Source: Heteronotia binoei | Lineage: Eukaryota | DNA length: 64,000 bases | Assembly (NCBI RefSeq): GCF_032191835.1 | Contig: NC_083241.1 | Span: 310,001 to 374,000 of the forward strand | Direction of reading: 5' to 3' | Shown: positions 34,701 through 51,590 of the stretch, piece after piece | Numbering within the stretch: the stretch's first letter is position 1 | How the letters are laid out: each line of letters begins with the position of its first letter | Position numbers and translations under genes: made by a program | The notes under the pieces: generated by a model | Databases searched by the model: none | The model's input: the letters and a program-made list of their open reading frames with translations, nothing else | What the model was told of the DNA's origin: nothing

Positions 34701-37414
34701 AGCTTCGGAAAATGTATCCAAATTTGGTACCAAGAATTCAGCTCCAAGTAAGTTCCATAAATGACTGTAGGTCTGCCTAACCTGTTCTGGTGGGACTGAA
34801 ATCCCATGCTGTCCGGGTTCAGGCAGACACAAGTACCAAGGAACCGTGTCTGGGGCAAGAGGCAATCTGCATAGTCCAAACAGAACCCAGGGTCAGAGTA
34901 CAGAGATTCAGAAAGTCCAAGCATCAAACCAGAAGAGCAAATCCAAAGAGTGGCACAAGCCTAGTCATGGTCTGGAAGGTCTAAAGCCCAGCCCAGCAGC
35001 ACACAAAGGCTGTGGCTTCCACCCCAGCTCTCCTGTTTCTGGCTGCCAGGTGCAACTCAACCCGTCGAGCCATCCAGGGACAGGCACAAGTCATCAATGT
35101 CAGCGGCTGAGCAGAGGGTGACTAGTGCTGAGCCACCAACCACACGCTACGGCACTACCCCTGCACTTCCCTCCGGGTCTGTCTGCTCTGGCGTCCCAAG
35201 GGCTCCAGAGACCCTGGGGGTGAGTCTGGGGGCTGCGGGATATCTGCTTCACTTTCAGATCTCAGGCTGCAGGACTGAGGCTAGAATCATAGAGTTGGAA
35301 GGGACCTTCAGGGTCATCTAGTCCAACCCCCCTGCACAATGGGAGTTTATGGGGAGGGACTGTGGCTCAGTGGTAGAGCATCTGCTTGGTAAGCAGAAGG
35401 TCCCAGGTTCAATCCCTGGCGTCTCCAACTAAAAAGGGTCCAGGCAAATAGTGATGAAAAACCTCAGCCTGAGACCCTGGAGAGCCGCTGCCAGTCTGAG
35501 TAAATACTGACTTTGATGGACTGAGGGTCTGTTTCAGTATAAGGCAGCTTCATATTGTTCAAAACACAAATACACCCACCCACCCCCGATTCACAGGATC
35601 TTCATTGCTGTCAGATGGCCATCTAGCCTCTGTTTAAAAACCTCCAAGGAAGGAGAGCCCACCACCTCCCGAGGAGGAAGCCTGTTCCACTGAGGAACCA
35701 CTCTAACCGTCAGGAAGTTCTTCCTAATGTTGAGATGGAAACTCTTTTGATTTAATTTCAACCCATTGGTTCTGGTCCTATCTTCTGAGGCCACAGAAAA
35801 CAATTCCACACCATCCTCTATATGACAGCCCTTCAAGTACTTGAAGATGGTGATCATATCACCTCTCAGCTGCCTCCTCTCCAGGCTAAACATGCCCACC
35901 TCCTTCAACAAGACCTCTCACTATCTTCATTGCCCTCCTCTGGACCCATTCCAGCTTGTCTATATCCTTCTTAAAATGTCATGCCCAAAAGTGAACACAG
36001 TACTCCAGACTGAGGTCTTACCAGAGCAGAGTAAAGCGATACCATCACTTCACATGATCTGGACACTATACTTCTGTTAATACAGCCCAAAATTGCATTT
36101 GCCTTTTTTAGTCACATCACACTGTTGACTCATGTTCAGCATATGGTCTACTAAGACCCCTTTTGCACAAACTCCTTTATGCATATGCTGTGGCATGCTA
36201 ACTTCAGCCTGAGATTCCCCCCTCCCCGCCGGAGTCTCCACCTTATCAGGTGGGTGTTCCTGAAGCATCAGAGGCCTGGAGCCAGCTTCCTCTGTCTCTC
36301 CCTCATGCAAGGAGGTGTTGGCAACAGACCCATGACATGTCCCCAGAGAGCTAATGGTCATCCCAGACTCCTCTCCGGCTTCCAAATCATCTCCCAGCTC
36401 TGAGAACTAGAAGCATGCTTTTAAAGAACAGAGAAGCTGCAGCAGAGATCAGACCCCTGTAGGCATATGCACAGCTACCAGAAGGGCTCAAGCACAGCCG
36501 ATGCAAAGCAGCCGGTCTTTATCCGAAAGGCCGCCAGGCGTACAGGAGAGCACTCCTACCAAGGGGCTACAGCTGCAGCATAAGGACAAGAGAATGGGGC
36601 TCTTGCCATTCCTATTGTGTGTTGCTGTGCATTGAGGGCCTGCCGCCCCTCGCCCCTGGGGTGGGTGTACCTGTCCTGGATGTAGTACTGCATGTCCAGG
36701 TCGTTGATGAGGAAGGGCCCCCGGAGCTCGGCGTAGGCCACGGCCTTGTCCAGGGGGAAGCCTGCAAGAGGAGGAGGGGGGGTTGGCTGAGAGCGGTGCT
36801 GGGGGGCGGGGGCGGTGCTGGGGGCGGGGCGTGGGCGGGGCCTGACCTTTGGAGTGGAAGGAGATGAGGCAGTCGCAGGGGGGCCAGTTCTCGACGGGCT
36901 CGTTGAGGATGACGTCCTCGCCCAGGATGTGCACGGTGATGTAGTGGAACTTGCAGAGGCGCTCCAGGATCTGGGTCATGGGCTTGGACTTGGACTTCTT
37001 GGTCATGGCGCAGATGCCCACCACGATCTGCCGCTCGGGAGGCTGCCGGGAGGCGGGCGGGAGGTGAGGCGGGGGTGGTGGTGGTGGCAGCCCCTCCCCT
37101 CCCAGGCCCCTCCCCTCCCAGGCCCCTCCCCTCCCAGGCCCCTCCCCTCCCAGGCCCCTCCCCTCCCAGGCCCCTCCCCCTCCCAGGCCCCTCCCCTCCT
37201 AGGCCCCGCCCCTCCCAGGCCCCTCCCCTCCCAGCCCCGCCCTCACCGACTGGGCCTCCGCGCCGCCGTCGCCCTCCTCCTGCTCGTCGTCCTCGAAGAA
37301 GCCGAGGTGGTCCATGCTCAGCGGGGCCCGGCCTGGGGGAGAGCGGCCGCCATCGTCGCCCCGGGAGGAGCCCACGAAGAAGCGCGCGGGGGGAGCCGCC
37401 TCCTCAGGGGACAT
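1711..37414 (-). CDS. PPIP5K1: Inositol hexakisphosphate/diphosphoinositol-pentakisphosphate kinase 1 (VIP1 family); 26 coding exons in window, 3' end beyond left edge
   Basis: Exons join in frame (3256 nt, 1085 codons+1). ATP-grasp kinase motifs ([36 protein letters not shown]) and histidine-phosphatase motif RHGDRTP. PPIP5K1-type residues ([35 protein letters not shown]) and head-to-head position with CKMT1 distinguish it from PPIP5K2. Confidence 0.96.
2600..6157. repeat. Tandem array of a ~80-bp unit (74 bp + variable C-run), ~44 copies, derived from a SINE body
   Basis: Unit acaacaaccctgaaggcaggtgaggcctagtgtgcaggactggcgaaaggctgccctaaagtggctggcaatac(C)n; the last copy runs on into ordinary SINE sequence (cccagtgagcttc...gtggggattggaa). 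Confidence 0.95.
7850..7972 (-). CDS. PPIP5K1: PPIP5K1 exon 25 ([27 protein letters not shown]...YKD)
   Basis: AG/GT, 123 nt. Confidence 0.93.
10107..10197 (-). CDS. PPIP5K1: PPIP5K1 exon 24 ([16 protein letters not shown]...KQSGL)
   Basis: AG/GT, 91 nt. Confidence 0.92.
10457..10624 (-). CDS. PPIP5K1: PPIP5K1 exon 23 ([10 protein letters not shown]...[15 protein letters not shown])
   Basis: AG/GT, 168 nt. Confidence 0.9.
10760..10876 (-). CDS. PPIP5K1: PPIP5K1 exon 22 ([17 protein letters not shown]...PASAE)
   Basis: AG/GT, 117 nt. Confidence 0.95.
10969..11076 (-). CDS. PPIP5K1: PPIP5K1 exon 21 ([10 protein letters not shown]...EDNNK)
   Basis: AG/GT, 108 nt. Confidence 0.95.
11544..11672 (+). 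mobile_element. LINE/SINE 3' tail (L2-like); uninterrupted paralogue of 397-449 + 924-1020
   Basis: Sequence identity with both flanks of the solo LTR. Confidence 0.65.
12794..12908 (-). CDS. PPIP5K1: PPIP5K1 exon 20 ([28 protein letters not shown]...GLLD)
   Basis: AG/GT, 115 nt. Confidence 0.95.
13297..13424 (-). CDS. PPIP5K1: PPIP5K1 exon 19 ([13 protein letters not shown]...KLHPL)
   Basis: AG/GT, 128 nt. Confidence 0.95.
14025..14595 (-). mobile_element. CR1 LINE 3' end whose terminal 67 bp is tandemly amplified ~6x (14032-14425)
   Basis: Same sequence as the single-copy CR1 tail at 30705-31340; period 67. Confidence 0.85.
14765..15125 (-). mobile_element. L2-type LINE 3' fragment
   Basis: (ttta)n tail with cccgccctcccc...ggctcagggcggttcaca and gaatgcctggcggaagag...caggccctgcggaac motifs. 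Confidence 0.55.
15551..15774 (-). CDS. PPIP5K1: PPIP5K1 exon 18 ([11 protein letters not shown]...IVIPQ)
   Basis: AG/GT, 224 nt. Confidence 0.95.
15895..16036 (-). CDS. PPIP5K1: PPIP5K1 exon 17 (LAPTGSASL...DPKFA)
   Basis: AG/GT, 142 nt. Confidence 0.95.
17254..17446. mobile_element. hAT-type MITE
   Basis: TIRs (t/c)a(a/g)tgttccctcta(a/g)gctg; perfect 8-bp TSD CCCACAGC on both sides. Confidence 0.85.
17583..17888 (+). mobile_element. Sauria-type SINE
   Basis: aaaggtcccct...ttccgactctggggtgac...cagactttttacggggtggtttgcc...ggatggaaggctga...atcgaactcaggtcgtgagcag; two more copies in window. Confidence 0.85.
18487..19362 (+). mobile_element. tRNA-derived SINE with duplicated head and internal 79-bp tandem array (8 B-box copies)
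   Basis: Head gagagccagtttggtgtggtggttaag...ggtttgattcccc; period 79; SINE body resumes at ~19195. Confidence 0.88.
19490..19775. repeat. 84-bp unit x ~3
   Basis: catccagcttcgcagc recurs at 19527, 19611, 19695. Confidence 0.85.
21008..21190 (-). CDS. PPIP5K1: PPIP5K1 exon 16 ([11 protein letters not shown]...EDYEK)
   Basis: AG/GT, 183 nt. Confidence 0.95.
21374..21495 (-). CDS. PPIP5K1: PPIP5K1 exon 15 ([10 protein letters not shown]...AAAFAK)
   Basis: AG/GT, 122 nt. Confidence 0.95.
22128..23598 (-). mobile_element. Same tRNA-derived SINE in reverse orientation with 16 copies of the 79-bp unit (22285-23560)
   Basis: Head at ~23598, body and tail to ~22128; period 79 also visible in ORF-track starts. 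Confidence 0.9.
24286..24414 (-). CDS. PPIP5K1: PPIP5K1 exon 14 ([18 protein letters not shown]...PGGQ)
   Basis: AG/GT, 129 nt. Confidence 0.95.
24777..24862 (-). CDS. PPIP5K1: PPIP5K1 exon 13 ([15 protein letters not shown]...SSEDE), ends at a GC donor
   Basis: AG acceptor; AAG|GCAAGT donor is the only nearby site that keeps frame with exon 14. Confidence 0.88.
25167..25276 (-). CDS. PPIP5K1: PPIP5K1 exon 12 (EVLDITRLL...KSVLEM)
   Basis: AG/GT, 110 nt. Confidence 0.93.
25556..25631 (-). CDS. PPIP5K1: PPIP5K1 exon 11 (FFELFEKY...KPEQLQ)
   Basis: AG/GT, 76 nt. Confidence 0.95.
25819..25905 (-). CDS. PPIP5K1: PPIP5K1 exon 10 ([20 protein letters not shown]...)
   Basis: AG/GT, 87 nt, RHGxRxP phosphatase motif. 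Confidence 0.95.
28661..28762 (-). CDS. PPIP5K1: PPIP5K1 exon 9 ([11 protein letters not shown]...TSGTM)
   Basis: AG/GT, 102 nt. Confidence 0.95.
29177..29298 (-). CDS. PPIP5K1: PPIP5K1 exon 8 ([12 protein letters not shown]...AKILG)
   Basis: AG/GT, 122 nt. Confidence 0.95.
29618..29779 (-). CDS. PPIP5K1: PPIP5K1 exon 7 ([12 protein letters not shown]...CLAFK)
   Basis: AG/GT, 162 nt. Confidence 0.95.
30530..30700 (-). mobile_element. SINE 3' fragment
   Basis: cacaatctccttcccttcctctccc...caccctgtga.gtagg...gactgacc.aagg, like 22190-22300. Confidence 0.55.
30705..31340 (-). mobile_element. CR1 LINE 3' fragment
   Basis: ORF2 C-terminus [20 protein letters not shown]...[21 protein letters not shown]. 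Confidence 0.9.
31802..31903 (-). CDS. PPIP5K1: PPIP5K1 exon 6 ([11 protein letters not shown]...GTDVK)
   Basis: AG/GT, 102 nt. Confidence 0.95.
33576..33730 (-). CDS. PPIP5K1: PPIP5K1 exon 5 (ECNLVEGED...QRLFRK)
   Basis: AG/GT, 155 nt. Confidence 0.95.
34382..34467 (-). CDS. PPIP5K1: PPIP5K1 exon 4 ([11 protein letters not shown]...DPDKPA)
   Basis: AG/GT, 86 nt. Confidence 0.95.
35281..36190 (-). mobile_element. CR1 LINE 3' fragment interrupted by a SINE
   Basis: [22 protein letters not shown]...[21 protein letters not shown]; gaatcatagag tail. Confidence 0.9.
35350..35555 (+). mobile_element. tRNA-derived SINE nested in the CR1 3' UTR
   Basis: A box tggctcagtggtaga, B box ggttcaatccc, followed by a ~130-bp non-tRNA body. 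Confidence 0.8.
36671..36761 (-). CDS. PPIP5K1: PPIP5K1 exon 3 ([10 protein letters not shown]...YYIQDR)
   Basis: AG/GT, 91 nt. Confidence 0.95.
36847..37042 (-). CDS. PPIP5K1: PPIP5K1 exon 2 ([16 protein letters not shown]...FHSK)
   Basis: AG/GT boundaries, 196 nt. Confidence 0.95.
37090..37238. repeat. 16-bp minisatellite (ccaggcccctcccctc) x ~9 filling PPIP5K1 intron 1
   Basis: Read directly. Confidence 0.85.
37247..37414 (-). CDS. PPIP5K1: PPIP5K1 coding exon 1 ([15 protein letters not shown]...GAEAQS)
   Basis: ATG at 37414; RFFVG-like N-terminus and acidic patch; GTGAGG donor, phase 0. Start codon choice is the least certain part. Confidence 0.8.
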
Positions 37415-37800
37415 CGCCGCCCAGCCGCCCGACCATCCCGCCCGCCCTCCCTCACGGCCAGGCCCGCCCGGCGGCCGCAGCGGGCGAGGGCGAGGCGGCG
37501 GCCATGGGAGGCAGAGCAGCCCCGGCGGCGACCTGAGGGGAGGCGGGCCTGCGAGCGCCACGGCCGGGCACGGGCCAATCGCGGGAGGGCGCGGCGCACA
37601 GCCGCCCAATGGACGCGCGGCGGAGGCGGGGCGCAGGGAAGGTCAGCGCGGCTCTTTCTCTCTGGCGCGGCCCCTGGTGGCCGAGGCGGACTCTGCAGCG
37701 GAGGAGCCCTGGCGCATGCGCTCTTTGGCCGCCAGGCGGAGGCGGGAGAAGGCAAGCGGGCTGCCCTTGCGGAACGCCGCCCAGGAGGAGCGGGGGGGGG
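37250..37800 (-). promoter_or_regulatory. PPIP5K1 CpG-island promoter: CCAAT boxes 37575-37579 and 37606-37610, NRF1-type GCGCATGCGC at 37712-37721, GC boxes
   Basis: Motifs read directly; high CpG density upstream of the first coding exon. Confidence 0.65.
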
Positions 37801-39091
37801 GGGCAAGCTGTGCCAACCCGTGCCTCGTGCCAATAGATCCAGCGAGGGCATTCCAATACACGAGTAAGCCTCTTGGCAGACCTCCCCTAACCGAGCCAGC
37901 AGGAAGGATGCTCTCTGGGGCAAGCAGGGCTGGTTGGAGATGTCCACGAACTGGGTGGAGGAGCAACCAGCACCCTCTTCGGGCTGAAGAAGAAGGCGAG
38001 ATCTTTGGATGCCTTTCTTAACCGTCCGTAGGGATTCGCCTTACTCCGGGCTCCCTAAGCCAACCCCGGCTAGGCCACAGCTGAGTAATTTCTTGTCTGT
38101 TTCTTGCATCCAGCAGGAGTGAAGCTGATCTTGAGTAGGCCTTTGTTGAAACAACCAAACCAGGCTGTGTTTGCATGCAGGCTCTGGCTTCAGGAGAGCC
38201 CTGCTGGCCCAGTTCTAGTCTTCAAGTTGCCCCAGCTACACTGCATCTTGGAGCCCTGTAAGGTCTTGCTAAAAGTAGCAGAGAAACTGATCTAAATTTT
38301 CACTTACTGGAAGGATCCATATTGAGGCTCCATGTAGGGTACTTTTCATATTAAACATGTGCAATCCCCCTGGGATGTATTTGCCTCCCTTGGAGGGGGG
38401 AAAAGCATTTGATAGCTGCCACTGAGGGTTTAATTGTTCTTGTTATACATTTGAAATGGGGCTGCCAGTCAAAGACCACACCCTTTGGCCCCTCCCCCTT
38501 TGGAGGTGCTGCTGGCCACTGCTCTGCTGGGCAGGTGGGAGGGGGCTATGGCCAGGGAGACCCCAAGCACCCAAGAGAGCGACGGGGGGGGGGGGAGAAG
38601 TGGAACTTTCCACCCCCTCAGGTCTCCCTGTGGAGTCTTCACCTGCAGGAAACAGAAACATCTATCCATGGCAAGTGGGCACGAGTGCCATGCCAGGATC
38701 AGCTATGGATGTGGCGTCCCAACAGGGTCTGCAGGGGGCTCACCATTAACCCCCATCCTGGCACATGATGGTACTGTCCAAAGTGCACTCCCCTGTCCTG
38801 TGCTGCTCAGGGGTTGCTGGCAATCCACCCACAGCACCACCTGCAAGCTGCTGACTCTGCAAGGAGAGGGGTTGAAGGGATGCATGACCAGGTGGAGAAG
38901 CAGCCAGACCTGCCCCCATCCCAGCCACAGATATGCTCTGTCCTCTGCTGTGAGTGGGAAACTGGCAAATGACAGAGCATCCCCCCCCCCCATTTCCTGA
39001 GACGCTTTCCTGGGATCTTCCCCCACAGGGGCCATGGTGCTACATCTGTCCGTGCAGTGCATAGTTGCCCTTTTGGTGGGGGACCTGTTAG

Positions 39092-39296
39092 CAGTGGCGG
39101 ACTGGGTCTAAAAATATTGATTGCCAGGAGATAAAGAACTTCTATTATATTGGGACTTCTATTATATTTTCAAGCTACTTAAAGGGTCATTAACATTTTA
39201 AAAATATTGTCTAATGTTTAAGGGGGGGCACTTCATCAGGGGCACAAGGGCCCACTTGCTGTTGGACAAGCTGACCCCCTGACCAGTCCGCCACTG
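39092..39296. mobile_element. hAT-type MITE
   Basis: 14-bp perfect TIR cagtggcggactgg/ccagtccgccactg; degenerate 8-bp TSD cctgttag/gctgttaa. Confidence 0.75.
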
Positions 39297-40129
39297 GCTG
39301 TTAAGGTTCTGAAATGGGGGAGGTCAGGTCAGCCATGGAGTATTGACTTTGCTCTGCTCTTCCTTGGGTCTCAGGGCCAAGTGCCCTCTCCGTGCTTTTC
39401 CAATGGCCAAAGTGCCTTGCCACCTGCTCTAAGTCCACGCAGCAAGGAGCTCCAAGATGGAGCCTAGGCGATGCACCTTAACTGCTGCCTTGTGAGAAGT
39501 TCTGACTGGAGTTTCCGTGGGGGGGAGGGGTCTACGACTGAGTGCTGGGGAGGGGGCTTGGCCGCCCTGAGGAGGGAAGTGATTGAGCTCCTTTGCGCCT
39601 CAGTGCCAAGGCTGCTGTGGCAGAGAACGACTCAGGGGTTTGGTTCTATTCTATCCCGGATGTACACCAATGAACAGATCAGTTGGCTCCCAGAATGCTT
39701 TTAGCACACACACACAAACACACGGATTGCTCTGTAAGAAAGGCTAAACGAAAGATTAAAAAGTGGACCAATGGCTATGTACTCCCCTCTCCTAATTAAC
39801 AAAGGAGGAGGCAGGAGAAAGCAGTTGTTGCCATTAACGGGTTAGCAAAACCAACAGAGGTTGAAGGGCGCAGATAAGATAAAGAGGAAAAGGAAAAGAA
39901 AATGCAAAGCCACAGGAGAACAATAATACTGCTGGGAGAAACGTGGAAGCAGGGATAGAATGCCCTCCATAAAAAGTTAAACGGGGGAAGGGTGAGGGGG
40001 AAACAAAGCTGAAGCTCTAAGAGTGGGGCCCAGCCTTGCCCCTCTTCTATCTCACACCCAAACTGGATCAATAACAGAGAACCATATAAAGCGTTGGCAA
40101 TGGGGGTGGGATTAGCCAAGCCGAGCACT

Positions 40130-41330
40130 GGGCACGTGAGGACTTGGCACAAACAATGTTGTTGGCACCAACAATGTGAGGAGATGTAGTTGTGTAGTCC
40201 TAGAGGAAAAATTTAGGTTACTGGACAAGACACTCAAGGCCAGGTCCTCCAAGGTAGCCGTCTCAGAAGTGCTACCTGTTCCGTGCACAGGGCCAGCTAG
40301 GCAGGCACAAATTAGGAGTCTCTGAGCATGGATGAGACCATGGTGCAGGGAGGAAGGGTTTAAGTTTGTCAGGCACTGGGATGCTTTTTGGAACAAAAGA
40401 GATGGTCTCCACTTGTCCCGAGAAGGAACCAGGTTGCTGGCACTTAAAGTCAAAAGGTGGCAGAGCAGTTTTTAAACTGAATCTTGGGGGGAAGTCAACA
40501 GGAGATTAAGCATCTCTGGTTCAGGATGGCTCATTCTTTAAGAGATAAAGGTGTAACTGTTACTCTTCTACAGGGAAATAGATCAAGACTGGCCACTGGG
40601 AGGGTGATAATATTGACTGCCTGACAAGGTCTACAGACCACACAAGGATGGTTGCAGGCCTAGAGTGTCTGGGAAACTAGAGATGTTATATGCAAATGCT
40701 AGAAGCATCTGAGGCAAAATGAGGGACCTGGAATGCTGGGCATCAGAGGAGAACATAGACATTGTGGGCATTTCAGAAACTTGGTGGGATGAGGAAAATC
40801 AGTGGGACAGTGATTCCTGGGTATAAATTGTATGGGAAAGACAGGGAGGGAAGGGTCGGAGGTGGGGGCTTTGTATGTCAGAAAGGATATACCGTCCAGT
40901 GAGATTGGGAATGTAAGAGAAAAAGATTTGCTTACAGAAATGCTATGGGTGGAAATAGTGTGCCCAAAAGGAAGCTTAACTCTGGAAGTCTGTAATGCCT
41001 ACCAGATCAAAGGTCAGAGAATTATTTAAAAACAGCAAAAGAATTAAAGAAAGCAGCTAGATGAAACAATTGTGTCTTAATAGGTGATTTCCCAACTACC
41101 CACACATTGATTGGGTCAATATGTGTTCAAGTTGGGGGAAAGAGATTGAGTTTCTAGACCCTCTCAATGACTGTACCATGGAGCAGATGGTCACAGAACC
41201 TACCAGGGGGGAGGTGATCCTAAGTAGTGCCCAAGATCTGGTGAGAGATGGGAACATGATAGCAGCAGTTGGGAACAGTGACCTTAATGCTAATAAGTTT
41301 AACAGATATGCAAACAGGGAGTTGCCCCCA
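40130..41330 (+). mobile_element. Degenerate CR1 LINE, ORF1 (SGNH esterase end) plus ORF2 endonuclease start
   Basis: VGTNNV...RDGLHLSREGTRLLA; YANARSI...DIVGISETWW; stops and frameshifts. Confidence 0.85.
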
Positions 41331-43199
41331 AAGACCGACACTATTTTTATTCATTGCGTAAGATTTCTAACCTGCTCTTCTTTGTGCAGGAACTGCGGGG
41401 TGAGCGCTTGGTGCTGAAGAGCCACTGCCATCTGCACTGACAATTCGGACCCTGGTGGGCCAGTGGCCTCATTCAGACAGCTTCCTGTGCTCATTTTGTT
41501 TAACCTGCACTGAACCCCAAACTAAGCTTTGGAATGCCCCAACAGGTGCATCCCCAGACTCTGGAGACTGTACCATGTGAAGAGATATGCAGGGGTGTGT
41601 GGTCCAAAGCCTGCTTTTTGTACGGAGTGTTTGAAAGTGGGGTGCCCCAGGAATCCCCCATGTCTGTGTTGGAAAGGAGCTCAAGAGTCCAGTTGTACCA
41701 GCACCTTATTCTTCTGTTCTCAGTGATGTGGACTTGTCCAATTCCTGTGGAGCACTCTGTGCAGACACAAGGGTGTGGGGCAGGCCTCCCCGAATGTCAC
41801 CTCCCAGGATACATTGGCCGGAGTCATATGCAGATGCTCTTCCCAAGCCCCTCCCTTCAGAAGTCAAGCAACCACAGACAAGGCTTTTTTGTATTCTTTT
41901 ACGGAAAGAAAGTTGGATACAAAGCTTTACAAGTTCACCTTCCTTTCTATAGACAAGCCATTCTACTGCCATTATTAAGTTCCTTGGAGGAGGGAAAGAG
42001 CAGCTGCAGCCGAGGATGGCACGGCAGCTCAGTCCTGGCGGGGAAGACACAACCAGAAGCAGGTAGCCCACACTGGGCAACCCAGAGGTATACTGGCGCA
42101 GCACCCCAGCAGCGTGCCATCTGTCAACCGACTGCCACCAAGATCCCACCACCGCCCTCTGGTGAAATCCCCCCCATTGGCATCAGAGGGGTCACGGCAG
42201 CAACGCCTGCACTGCCAATGTCAAGATGCTGCACCAACAAAACCTGCAGCGGACCTCACAGGGCCCCCCCCCTTGCATGGAGAGGAAAGCCCCCCTCCAA
42301 CCAGATGCTACATCCCTAAGGCCTGGATGAATGACCTTAGGAGGCGGCTGCAGATGCAGCAACGCAGGAGCCTTTGTGGACCAAGCCTGTGCCCCCTGCT
42401 GCCGCCTCGGGAGGGGAGCTGGAGGGTTGCTTCCAAGCCGGGAAAGGTGCTGGTTCTGGTCCAGCCAGTATCTCACCTCCTGGAACCCAACAGCTCCTTT
42501 CTGCCGGAGGGGTGCCCTCACGGGGAGGGGGGCGCGGCTGCTTTCCCTCAGCCCCACCCCCAGGGTCTGCCTCTCTCTTGCCTGGGCCAAGTGGCGGGCC
42601 CCGGGGCACCTGCTGCGGGCCGGCTCTGCCAAGGGAGCTGCAGGAGGAAGGGCTGGGCTGGGCTGGGAGGGGGGCGGGTCTGCTGCGCGTTTGGGCACCT
42701 GGCGCTCCCCTCCTCCCCGCCCCACTGCTGTGTCCCGCTTGAGGGGAGCGGCTCCTGCCCGCAGGTATCAAAGGTCATGCCAGGTACGTGACATCCGCCA
42801 GGTAGGCACACCTGCCCACAGAGGTCAACAAAACACACCCAGTGTGCCTTGGGGATGCCAGGTGGAGAAAGCGAGGGAGGAAGGGCGAGGTCTGCCTTCC
42901 CCAGGGAGCTGTCCTCTCCCGCCACGGTGTCTCCAGCAGGGCTCGGGCAGGAGGCGGCGCGAGCTGCTGCTGGGGTGGGACTGGGAGCCCCCCTCCTCCC
43001 CCCAGCCTCTTGCAGTGCCCCTTGGAGCCCGGCCGGCTGCGGGAGCCCTTGCTTGCCTGCCTGCCAAAGGGGAGGGGGGGCAGAGGCGGGGGGCCCTTTC
43101 GCCATGGGCGAAACCCTTCCCGAGGGCCCACTCGCAGCCTCTCCTCCCCCCCGCCCCCTCTCCCCGGCCGCCCCCCGCCCGCAGCGGCTCAGGTGCCCG

Positions 43200-43541
43200 G
43201 GAGGCTGGGGCTGGGGAGCTGTCCGCTCCGCTCTGGTGCTGAAGGCGGCGGGAAGCCCCAGCCTCACACCCCGCCAAGGGCACGCGAGCGCCGGCCTCCC
43301 AGCCACACGGCGCCCGCCAGGGTCCGCCTGCGCTGCCTTGCGCTGCCTTGCGCTGCGCTGCGCTGCGCTGCTCTGGGCGGGGCGGGGCCGGGCCGGCGTC
43401 ACCTCCGCGCTGCCTCCTCCCCCCGCCCCCCCCCCCCCGCTGGGCTCTGCTGCTGGTGCTGCGCCTCCCGCCGGCTGCCTGCTCGCCTCTCGCTGCCTCT
43501 CGCTGCCTGTCGCGCTCTCGCCAGCTCGCCGCAGCCGCAGC
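43200..43541 (+). promoter_or_regulatory. CKMT1 GC-rich, TATA-less promoter/5'UTR with GC boxes and a (CTGCG)n pentamer run at ~43330-43370
   Basis: CpG island directly upstream of the ATG; GGGCGGGGCGGGG at ~43376-43388. Confidence 0.55.
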
Positions 43542-50746
<7,205 letters not shown>

Positions 50747-51590
50747 TGAGGAGAGAGAGCCAGGGGACCACTGTCCCTGCTCCCTCCACACAAGGCTGCC
50801 CACTGGAAAGGTAGTCCCCCCTCCCCCTCTCAGGCACCTGGAGCGAAGGGGGCGGGCTGCGCTGTGTGTGGCAGGGGCCTCTCTGACCTCCAGGCACCTT
50901 CAAGGGGCCATTCTTCAGCAGCCCCAGGCAAAGAAAGGCCGGTCACCCCAGAGGCCAGATGACCCCCTCAGCCCTTCAGAAGGGAGGGAGCTCTGAAGGC
51001 CACACAAAGTGCCTGAGTGCCACTGCTGACATCCATGCCACAGGGCTGGCAGCCCCGGCTCCTCCTCAGACCAGCAGCAGCCCTCCAGGGTCTCTCCTCC
51101 GGCCTGGTCCGTTGAACTCGGGGACCTTCTGCATGCCAAGCAGCTGCTCTGCCTGTCTCGGAGCCACAGCCCTTCGCCAAGCATCATGTCTGGGATCCTG
51201 GCGAGGGGGCAGAGATGGAGGGGGGCCCAGGCCTCAAGGACACCCCCATGAGCACAAGGCTGATAGAGCCCGGTGGGCAGAACTGTCGGCCTGAAGCAAC
51301 GGAACAAAGCTTGCAAACAGGGACACCTGCAAAGCCCACAAAGTTCAATTTTGGATATAAGGTTTTGTGTACACGTCCATGCCAGCTTCTGCCCAGCATG
51401 AAGCTTTCTTGGTCTGAAAGGACTGGAGCACAGTGTGGGTGGCTGTGGTCCTCGGGACTTCCCTGCCCGGGCCTGGTGACAGATTGCGGCTCCCCATAAG
51501 GACAGGGCCAGAGGCCAAGGGAGGCGGAGGGAGGGAGCTGCAGCAGGGCTTGGAGCAGTTGTACAACAGGCAAGAGCCAAGGGACGTTGG

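Noticed and set aside
35350-35425. tRNA gene candidate
   Set aside because: Irregular anticodon arm and acceptor stem; continues into a SINE body; nested in a CR1.
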